Sequence record: SRR22947725_3599
Strand: one strand, 5' to 3'
DNA length: 37,888 nucleotides
Shown: piece by piece, positions 27,938 through 36,085 of the stretch
How positions within the stretch are numbered: position 1 is the stretch's first letter
How the letters are laid out: the number at the start of each line of letters is the position of its first letter
Notes under the pieces: generated by a model
Seen by the model: only the letters and a program-made list of their open reading frames with translations
What the model was told of the DNA's origin: nothing
Database searches by the model: none
Position numbers and translations under genes: made by a program

Positions 27938-29457
27938 AAAGGGGAAGTATGATCAAGTTTGGTATTCATCGTATTCAAGGCGCTGCAGCGGTTGCTCGCG
28001 GGACATCTTTCACTAAGATGTGGAGTCGGAACATGTTTCAGGTGGCTTGCCTTTTGACCGTCTGGGGAACGAGCGCCCTTACAGGAGCGGGCGAGCGGCA
28101 GCCCAACCTTGTAATACTTTTTGCCGATGACCTTGGCTACGGTGAGCTGAGCTCTCAGGGCAACCCGGAGATTCCAACCCCTCATATTGATTCGATTGCG
28201 CGCAACGGGGTTCGCTTCACCTCGGGATATGTGGCTGGCCCCAATTGCAGTCCATCCCGTGCGGGCCTTCTTACCGGGCGCACTCCGACGCGATTCGGCT
28301 ATGAATTCAATCCCACCGGTGCGCTCAATGAGGAACCCGGCTTTGGCTTGCCTTCGAAGGAAATCACGATTGCCGAGGCGCTGCACGATGCGGGCTACAC
28401 CACCGGCCTGATTGGTAAGTGGCACCAGGGCGGCACCGCCAGGTATCACCCTTCCAGACACGGTTTTGACGAGTTCTTCGGTTTCACGCACGAGGGGCAC
28501 TACTTCGTTCCGCCTCCCTACAGAGGCGTGACCACCTTGCTCCGCCGCAAGACACTTCCGGGTGGGGCGAAAGGTTTCTGGACGGGGAAAGGCGGACTGC
28601 ACTACCACGATATCATGGGAGGCGATGAACCAGACTACGACGCCAACAATCCCATCGTGCGCGGCGGCCAACCCGTGCTCGAAACGCAATACCTGACTGA
28701 TGCCCTGACCCGTGAGGCGGTTGATTTCATTGATCGCCACGACGATAAGCCTTTCTTTCTCTACCTTGCCTACAATGCCGTCCACAGCCCTCTGCAGGGA
28801 GCGGACGTCTACATGAAGAAATTCGCGCACATCAAAAATATGCATCGCCGCATTTTCGCGGCCATGCTGGCAAACATGGACGATAGCGTGGGTGCGGTAT
28901 TGCAGCAGTTGCGGAAATCGGGACAGGAAGAAAACACAATCGTCTTCTTCCTGAGTGACAATGGTGGTCCGACCAGAGAACTGACTTCGTCCAACCTCCC
29001 TTTGCGAGGATCCAAGGGGCAGATGTATGAAGGTGCCATTCGGGTGCCTTTCATGGTGCAGTGGAAAGGCAGGATTCCCGCGGGGCAGACCTACGATCGG
29101 CCTGTCAGCTCCTTTGATATCTTCGGCACCGCTGCGGCGCAATGCGCCGGGGTCAGTAAACCGGAGCAGGTGGAAGGTGTTGATCTGGTGCCTTATCTCA
29201 CAGGCCAGCGTAATGGTGTGCCCCACGAAAGTCTCTTCTGGCGTCAAGGCGGAAAGACGGCCTTGCGTCACGGTGACTGGAAGCTGGTGCGCATGGGCAG
29301 GCGATTGACTTCCGGTCAGGCAAAATGGGAACTCTACGACCTCTCGAAAGACATCTCCGAGACCAAGAACCTCGCTGGCTCACATCCCGACCGCCTTGCC
29401 GAACTGGTCAGGATCTGGTCGCAGCTCAACGGCGAAATGAGTGACCCGTTGTTCTAA
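27934..29457 (+). CDS. formylglycine-dependent sulfatase (arylsulfatase-like)
   Basis: PNLVILFADDLGYG; TPHIDSIA; CSPSRAGLLTGR (CxPxR); GKWH; FLSDNGG; YEGAIRVP; ELYDL. ATG 27934 overlaps the sialidase stop (ATGA); starts at 28018 or 28033 are also possible. Confidence 0.95.
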   Translation: MKRGSMIKFGIHRIQGAAAVARGTSFTKMWSRNMFQVACLLTVWGTSALTGAGERQPNLVILFADDLGYGELSSQGNPEIPTPHIDSIARNGVRFTSGYVAGPNCSPSRAGLLTGRTPTRFGYEFNPTGALNEEPGFGLPSKEITIAEALHDAGYTTGLIGKWHQGGTARYHPSRHGFDEFFGFTHEGHYFVPPPYRGVTTLLRRKTLPGGAKGFWTGKGGLHYHDIMGGDEPDYDANNPIVRGGQPVLETQYLTDALTREAVDFIDRHDDKPFFLYLAYNAVHSPLQGADVYMKKFAHIKNMHRRIFAAMLANMDDSVGAVLQQLRKSGQEENTIVFFLSDNGGPTRELTSSNLPLRGSKGQMYEGAIRVPFMVQWKGRIPAGQTYDRPVSSFDIFGTAAAQCAGVSKPEQVEGVDLVPYLTGQRNGVPHESLFWRQGGKTALRHGDWKLVRMGRRLTSGQAKWELYDLSKDISETKNLAGSHPDRLAELVRIWSQLNGEMSDPLF

Positions 29458-29619
29458 GCTTTGTCATGCTCCTTCTGATCGCTGATGAAATAGGTGAGTC
29501 CGTCGCCAGTCTTCATGGAACCCACACACTTGCTGTCCACAAGGAATGTGGGCGTTTGATTGTATCAGTATTTTTTGGTATCAATGATCCTTGATAGCTG
29601 ACTTGAAAAATACAGCCCC

Positions 29620-30051
29620 ATGACCAAACCTGCCCTTCATCGTATTCGAATTGTTCTGGCGATCGCTCTCGGAATACCCTTCATCATGATTGGCGTTGAG
29701 CATTTTCTCAGGCCTGCGCCCTTTGATACCATTGTGCCTGCCTATCTTGGGTTTCCGCGTTTCTGGACCCTTGCCAGTGGCATTGCCGAAGTGCTCCTGG
29801 GTATCGGCATCATGCTGCCGCCCTGTCGAAGGTGGGCCGCTCTTTGTCTGGCTGTGTTTTTGGTGTGTGTATATCCGGCAAACCTGAACATGTGGCTGAA
29901 CGATATCCCGTTCAACGGACACGTGCTCAGCCACAAGGCACACCTTCTGCGTCTTTTCATTCAGCTGCTGCTGATTTGTCTGGCGCTTTGGCTTGCTGAT
30001 TGGCGCAAAGGACCAACTCGTAAGGCTGCTGTCATCAGTAACGAGGATTAA
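29620..30051 (+). CDS. DoxX-like membrane protein
   Basis: GVEHF...IVPAYL...SGIAEVLLGIG...VYPANLNM...LRLFIQ; four hydrophobic segments. Confidence 0.85.
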   Translation: MTKPALHRIRIVLAIALGIPFIMIGVEHFLRPAPFDTIVPAYLGFPRFWTLASGIAEVLLGIGIMLPPCRRWAALCLAVFLVCVYPANLNMWLNDIPFNGHVLSHKAHLLRLFIQLLLICLALWLADWRKGPTRKAAVISNED

Positions 30052-30587
30052 GCGTATTCGAATTTCAGATTTTGAGCATGACACCGTTGCTTCCCTGTCT
30101 CGCCAGCACGCTTTGGCAAGCCTGAAACTCTTACCAGCATTACTGCGCTTATTGTGTGATTCCGGTTATGCTTACGAAAGAGCGCATTCCATGATCACAT
30201 GTTTCCAGCTTATCTTGAGTGCGCTTGAAACCTCCTGAAGACATGAAATGCTACCCAGACAACGTCATTGGTCTTTTTCCAAAAGTTTGATTGAGAAATA
30301 CCTTTAACCAGAGGTGTGGAAATGAAATCGAGGATGATACAGCCATGGCGGAGAACCTCTCTTTGCTTGGCTGTGAGCATGACCAGCCGAACAAGCAACG
30401 AGAGCGTGAATGGAGGGCAATTGTGATCTTCTCTATCTGCTCTGATTGGCAAACCTCCACTATTAGTTCGAAACAGGTAGCCAATTTTTCACTGAATTGA
30501 CTCTATAGGTTTTCGCTACCCATAAAAAAGAGAGAGAGTTGACTAAATTAACTTTGCGATGCAAAGTTGGCATGAATTTAATAAGAT

Positions 30588-31382
30588 ATGAAATACTTGC
30601 TTGCAACGCTGGTAACCATCTTGCTGATGGGTTGCGATCTGCATCTGGACTCCGTCTATCTGGGGCGTTCGGAATCGGCCATGCTGGGTGATGTCAATCG
30701 TGGCGACACGGAGGCGGTCAAATCGTATTTGGATAAAGGCGGAAACGTCAACCTCATGGACGAACCCGGCATGACGCCTCTGCATCATGCCGTGAATGCT
30801 GATCTAAGGGGAAGTCACCTTGAAATGGTGAAGTTGCTGATTGAAAGAGGAGCCAATGTGAATGCCATCGATGACACACATTTTACGCCCTTGCACCTGG
30901 CGAGTCATGCAGCCACAGCGGCATTGTTGATCGAGGCGGGAGCGCGTGTGGATGCTAGAAAACGACGCACGGGACAGACGCTGTTGTTTTCAGCGGCCCG
31001 GGGGGCAGCGCAGGGTGCTGAAAAAAGTTACCAGCATTATCTGGACCTGACGAAGCTTCTCATTTCAAAAGGCGCTGATGTGAACATGAAACTCAGGTCG
31101 GGAGATGAGCGTATTAGAGCCAGTAGTGGCATCGAGGAGAAACCTTACCATGAGAAGACGGGAGATACGCCGTTGCACGCAGTGGCGAGGAGTTATTCGG
31201 AAAAGCACGCGATGGTGCTTTGCGAATTACTGATCCAGCAGGGGGCGAGCATCAACGAGACAAATATCCTTGCTTTCACACCTCTGGATGAGGCGCTTGC
31301 GAATCAAAGAAACCAAACCGCCGATTTCCTGCGCAAGCTTGGAGCTGTAACAGGTGAAGCCCTGCAAGCCAAGGTTGAATGA
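30588..31382 (+). CDS. ankyrin-repeat lipoprotein
   Basis: MKYLLATLVTILLMG-C lipobox; repeats GMTPLHHAV, FTPLHLA, GQTLLFSAA, GDTPLHAVA, FTPLDEA; tail TADFLRKLGAVTGEALQA. Confidence 0.92.
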   Translation: MKYLLATLVTILLMGCDLHLDSVYLGRSESAMLGDVNRGDTEAVKSYLDKGGNVNLMDEPGMTPLHHAVNADLRGSHLEMVKLLIERGANVNAIDDTHFTPLHLASHAATAALLIEAGARVDARKRRTGQTLLFSAARGAAQGAEKSYQHYLDLTKLLISKGADVNMKLRSGDERIRASSGIEEKPYHEKTGDTPLHAVARSYSEKHAMVLCELLIQQGASINETNILAFTPLDEALANQRNQTADFLRKLGAVTGEALQAKVE

Positions 31383-31982
31383 AGTTCTCCTGTTGTCTTT
31401 TAAACACGCACATCGAGCCAGGCCCGAGGCAGGAAGAGGCACCATCGATGCTGTCCGTTTTCGACGATCTGAGTGTGTAAGGGGGGGGCTGTATGTGTTG
31501 TCTGACATCATCTGAATAGACGCACGGTTTTTTGGAATCCAGCTGTTTGATGCCATCATGTCGGCACATGCCTTCTGCTCTTTTTTTAGCCCTTCTTTCG
31601 CAGGTGTTCAGCCAGTGCACGTGCACACAAAACTAGCATGAATACGTAATCAATGGCTGTTTATATAGCCAGAAGATCCACCTCCCCCAACGTGTTATCG
31701 GACGAATCTCAATCTTGTTGATGCTCTTGCCTTTTGGGGTTGAAAGTATGAGTGTGATGTGATGGGGCTCTTCTACCCACAGTCTGAGATTCCAGCATCA
31801 AACCTATGACGGGGAATGATCAAGGGAGAGGAATCTTGTGCTTCCATTCAGCATGAATGCTCATGAGCAGGTTCCTGAAAAGGCACAGAAAATTGGCCTT
31901 TTTTCTTTCTGTTATTCGTTACTAGAAAATGAGAGCCACGAAGGGGTCCGAAATCTCATCTTTACGACTGAAAACAATAGAA

Positions 31983-33029
31983 ATGAACACCACCAATGCA
32001 TTGAAACAAAGTTTTGGAGCAATTATTTTCATCTGCCTTTTGCACTTGGGGCCGGTTACGAAGGCCTCCATGCCGGAGCATGTCAAGTCTAGCTTGAACC
32101 GGATGGTTGGAGATTGGGTGCTGACCACTCAGCTCAACGACCGAACCGTCTCGGAAACCATCACCTTTGAAATGCGGGGGGGCGAGGATGTGATTTTATA
32201 CGAGGTGATCGGTGAGAGCTTTCTAACGGGTGAACCGGCCCGCATGACAGGAGTTTTCGGCTGGGACGAGCGAGCCGGCAAAGTCATGGAGCATGGCTTT
32301 ACCCACGAGGGGGGGACCTTGACCGCCATACATCATATTACTGTCGATGGCTGGACGGATCAAGTGACTCGAACCCATTTCATGGATGGTCGCCATGTGA
32401 ACGAGACTGTGGATCGGGTCTTTACCTTTCAATCCGCGGACCGGTTCACGCTGGTTTGGAAAAACCGGCTTGTGGATGGGAAGCCCGAGCCGGGGATGAT
32501 GTCGATCTTTACCCGTCAGGGAACTCTTGAAACGTCACTAAAAGCGAGTGGAAGCGGGAAACGTGATCCAGTGGATCTCTCCTCAGAATATGTGATGACT
32601 TTGCATGCCCCTCTGGATCCGGTGCAGGCGATTGATACTGCACTCATGATTTACAATGTCCGTGAAGGTGGTTGGGTGAAGGGACCGCGCATCGATGGGA
32701 AGTTGAAGGCGCCGGCCGCCGATTGGCTGCGGATCCTTCCTGATGGCACCATGCGGCTGGATGTGCGCGGCACCATCGAAACTGCTGACGGTGCGCTTAT
32801 CTACATCAATTACGGCGGGGTGATCAGACATACCGAGGTTAGTCAGGCCAAGGAACAATCGGGGGAGATCATTACAGATGATGAGATGTATTTTGTTATT
32901 TCGGTGAACATGCGGACTTCCGATGAACGCTACCTATGGGTCAACCAGACTCAGTATGTTGGAAAGATGAGCAGCGTGAAAGAGGGTGCGGGCTCGTTCG
33001 TTGAATATGACATTTTCGCAGTTAAATAA
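31983..33029 (+). CDS. exported two-domain protein with C-terminal DUF3237 domain
   Basis: Signal peptide MNTTNALKQSFGAIIFICLLHLGPVTKA. C-domain GGWVKGPRIDGKL...ADWLRILPDGTMRLDVRGTIETADGALIYINYGG...RYLWVNQTQYVG fits DUF3237. Confidence 0.8.
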   Translation: MNTTNALKQSFGAIIFICLLHLGPVTKASMPEHVKSSLNRMVGDWVLTTQLNDRTVSETITFEMRGGEDVILYEVIGESFLTGEPARMTGVFGWDERAGKVMEHGFTHEGGTLTAIHHITVDGWTDQVTRTHFMDGRHVNETVDRVFTFQSADRFTLVWKNRLVDGKPEPGMMSIFTRQGTLETSLKASGSGKRDPVDLSSEYVMTLHAPLDPVQAIDTALMIYNVREGGWVKGPRIDGKLKAPAADWLRILPDGTMRLDVRGTIETADGALIYINYGGVIRHTEVSQAKEQSGEIITDDEMYFVISVNMRTSDERYLWVNQTQYVGKMSSVKEGAGSFVEYDIFAVK

Positions 33030-33140
33030 CGATGGAGATTCAATGGCAAACCGAGATGACCTTGCTTGCTTTTATGAGCAGTGATAGCGCGGAACATCAA
33101 ATCAGAAACTTCAAATAAAATGATCAAAGAAATACCATTC

Positions 33141-34457
33141 ATGATGATGACACTGTGCAAGCATGCCTCGATCTTAATCGGGTGTCTGAGTGCTTTTCTG
33201 GGCTCTCTGTGGCTGCATGGAGAAAATCCAAAATATCCCTTCATCACCACTCAATCGCCGCTCACATTGTTCAGTACTCAGGATGCGGAGCTGACCGTGT
33301 TTCGTCGTGGTGGACCCACGGTCATGCCGGAGACTTATGAGCTCAATGCTCAAGATTCCTTCACGGTGATACATCTCGGGCCGGACCATCCTCCAGTGGT
33401 GAAGACGGTGTATGGAACGATCGCCTGTAGCATCCTGGGAACACCCACCATGGCGGTGAGCCCCGATGGGCACTACGGGTTTGTGATCAATCATTCTTTT
33501 CGGACAGAGGGCTCGATTTTTGAAAGGATTCAATACCCGTCGGATCAGCCTCTCACCAATCGGGACCTGGAGAAGGTAGATCTGGGACGACAGGACTTAT
33601 CGCCGCAGCTGGCGGACATTGTCAGTGTGGTCGATCTGCATGACCCGTCTCATCCGGTCGTGGATCGCATTCTCCTCGAAAGTCCTGCCATGCATCTAAT
33701 GATCCATCCGGATGGAAAGCGTTATTTTGCCCTTGGCCTGACGCAGTGTCACGTCCTTGAATTTGAGGGGCAGCGTCTGAGACTTCTCGACACAAGTGAT
33801 ATTTCCTATGGCGAAGGCTGTTTCTGGATGCATCCGGATGGAAAGCACATTCTAGCCGGTCGCTCTCCCAGCATGCGGCAGGATATTCCCGCGATTCTAG
33901 AATGGTATGAGATCCTTGGAAACAAGGTGCAACGGGTATGTGAGATACGTAATGCACCAGACGTGGACGTGACCAACGGATCCTCCGGGTGTATTGTCAG
34001 GATTACTCCTGATGGCAGGCGCGGCTTCATTTGTCAGAGAACCTTTGATAATGGTAAGGATTTGTGTGATGTCATGATCGCCGACCTCACTCTGGATCAA
34101 CCGCTGGTGACCCACGTGATTCCTCAGGTGAATGATGGGCTCGAAAGCTTTGCGTTTCATCCCGACGGGAAAATGGCGGTCGTCACCTGTTTGGAGAATC
34201 CGTCCAAGAACAGTCTGGCTGTGCTTGACATCGAGTCCGACCCTCCCCGTTTGCTCTATCATCTGGACGCCGCCGCGGCTAGTCAGGGAGTGGAGTTCAC
34301 GCCTGAGGGAGACAAGCTTTTTCTAGGGAGCCCGGTGCATGGAAGGATCGAAATTTATGATGTGGTGGGAGATTTCAAACTCGTGAAGAATCCGAAATTC
34401 ATCAAGATCGGATACGGACACAATAGTCTGAGCATGGGCCCCCGATATCGGCATTGA
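33141..34457 (+). CDS. exported beta-propeller protein (YncE/lactonase-like)
   Basis: Repeated blade motifs AVSPDGH, IHPDGK, MHPDGK, ITPDGR, FHPDGK, FTPEGD. Hydrophobic leader; start between 33081 and 33147. Confidence 0.8.
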   Translation: MMMTLCKHASILIGCLSAFLGSLWLHGENPKYPFITTQSPLTLFSTQDAELTVFRRGGPTVMPETYELNAQDSFTVIHLGPDHPPVVKTVYGTIACSILGTPTMAVSPDGHYGFVINHSFRTEGSIFERIQYPSDQPLTNRDLEKVDLGRQDLSPQLADIVSVVDLHDPSHPVVDRILLESPAMHLMIHPDGKRYFALGLTQCHVLEFEGQRLRLLDTSDISYGEGCFWMHPDGKHILAGRSPSMRQDIPAILEWYEILGNKVQRVCEIRNAPDVDVTNGSSGCIVRITPDGRRGFICQRTFDNGKDLCDVMIADLTLDQPLVTHVIPQVNDGLESFAFHPDGKMAVVTCLENPSKNSLAVLDIESDPPRLLYHLDAAAASQGVEFTPEGDKLFLGSPVHGRIEIYDVVGDFKLVKNPKFIKIGYGHNSLSMGPRYRH

Positions 34458-34591
34458 TGGGGAATTTGTCATACTTCTCAAAAAAGACCTGCGGATGGTA
34501 ATCATCGGAACTCAAGGGAAATGATTCGGAAGTATCTGAAATGGAATTATTAGTTCTGCATACGAATGATTTTTCCAATAGTCACGTAGGG

Positions 34592-35575
34592 ATGTTTGAT
34601 TACGGATGGAGCTCGATACCATGGTGGTGTTACCTGATCATTTTGGTAGGGGGGTATGCCATCATCAAAAAGAGATGGAAACAAAAGGTTCATGACCATG
34701 CTTTCGGGGGAAAGCTCAGCATCATCAAAAAAAGGTATCACTCGAAAGGGCGTTCATACCTCGAATCCAAAGATACCGAAGGGCGTTCACCCTTACACCA
34801 TGCTTGTGTCGGAGGTAGTGAGGCGGTTGTGACATTTCTCGTGGAAAATGGAGCAGACATCAACGCGCGTGATAACTATGACATGACTCCCATATTTCAA
34901 GCCGTGTTTCATGGCCACACTGGAATGCTCCAATACCTCATAGAGAATGGAGCAGATAGGGAAATCATACATGCGAATCACGGATCGATCCTGGATGTGG
35001 CTTTAATTACCAAGCAGGAGGCGTGCGTGACTTATCTCAAGGATTTGGGGATTCAAAGTCAGGCAGATCAATCATCTTTCATTGCTGCAGCAACCGGTGA
35101 TCTGGAGGCTGTGAAACGTCATTTAAGTTCCAATGTCGACGTGAACAAAAGATGTCCGGAGGGAAACTCGTTGCTCAATTGGGCTGTTTTACGAGGGGAT
35201 AATCGGATGTTTGATTTGCTGTTGTCCAATAATGCCGATATTCGTTTGGGTTATGCGCCGGGAGGCACCTTGCTTGATTTTGCGATCCATCAAGAGGACA
35301 AATACATCGCTCATTTCCTGATAGAAAACAATGCGCCCAGGACATGTGGCCGTTGCTCAAAAAAGGTCCCGCACAATAAGACAGGGAAGATTTGGCGTTT
35401 TCCGCTTTCCGTTCTCAAATGGGTAGGGGCTCCGCTCAGGAACGAAGTGGGTCATGTGTTTTGTCATCGATGCCTGCGCAATCAAAATGTTTGCGTTTTA
35501 TTCCTTGCAGCAATGATTGGTTCAGTGATCTTGATTTTCATCTTTGAATTCATTCGGAACCTTCTCAATGAATGA
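34592..35575 (+). CDS. membrane-anchored ankyrin-repeat protein with C-terminal CxxC...CxxC motif
   Basis: N-terminal TM; GRSPLHHAC, MTPIFQAV, AAATGDLEAVKRHL, GNSLLNWAV; CGRC...CHRC; C-terminal TM. The ORF is open from 34541. Confidence 0.85.
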   Translation: MFDYGWSSIPWWCYLIILVGGYAIIKKRWKQKVHDHAFGGKLSIIKKRYHSKGRSYLESKDTEGRSPLHHACVGGSEAVVTFLVENGADINARDNYDMTPIFQAVFHGHTGMLQYLIENGADREIIHANHGSILDVALITKQEACVTYLKDLGIQSQADQSSFIAAATGDLEAVKRHLSSNVDVNKRCPEGNSLLNWAVLRGDNRMFDLLLSNNADIRLGYAPGGTLLDFAIHQEDKYIAHFLIENNAPRTCGRCSKKVPHNKTGKIWRFPLSVLKWVGAPLRNEVGHVFCHRCLRNQNVCVLFLAAMIGSVILIFIFEFIRNLLNE

Positions 35576-36085
35576 TGAGCAAAGGTCCGTTGCTGAGCCT
35601 GAAATGAAAGACAAGAAAAGCTCTGAATCGGCTTAATTGAAAAAGTCACTTCGCAGGTAATAGTTTTCTGAGAACATCGTCATGTGTGAACCTCGATCCC
35701 CATGCAGTACTTTGAAATACTTTTATAAATATAGGTTCCTCATGTCAGGGAATTCGCGACCCGCTCGGTAATGGTTTTTCGTTCGCAAAGGTATGATCAG
35801 CTTACTGACTGTCTTGGGTTCCATGATGCTTGGGACGTAATCAATGGCGGATCAGATAGTACGTCAATATCCCAAAAATGATCTCCATGCACCCTGAGTA
35901 GCGGAAGGCTGAAGCGCGCTATAATCACATGGAGCTCTTCAAAAGATCACCGGATTGACGAGGGTCTCAGCGTGTTCCGGGAGATTGATTATTCTTTGTA
36001 TGGTCTTTTTTAAATGACTTTCGTTTCTTTACTGGTATCACGAATAAAGTTTGCCAAAGCGTGAGGGATTCTTTAGCAAATTTAC

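Noticed and set aside
27895-29271. 458-aa ORF antisense to the sulfatase
   Set aside because: Same shadow effect opposite a clearly real gene.
29455-29565. Minus-strand frame YNQTPTFLVDSKCVG... resembling a thioredoxin-fold C-terminus
   Set aside because: Too short, and the resemblance rests on a few residues.
31481-31488. G8 tract as a phase-variation switch
   Set aside because: Intergenic, about 500 bp from the next start, and not within a supported gene or promoter.
12293-35575. Classical integron, prophage, IS or CRISPR explanation of the island
   Set aside because: By eye I found no integrase, transposase or phage gene, no regularly spaced repeats and no duplicate tRNA 3' end. GTCTAAC...GTTCTAG at ~24595-24617 is far too short for an attC site.
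35576-36045. Possible riboswitch or ncRNA in the long spacer
   Set aside because: No riboswitch consensus I recognise; an Rfam scan would be needed.
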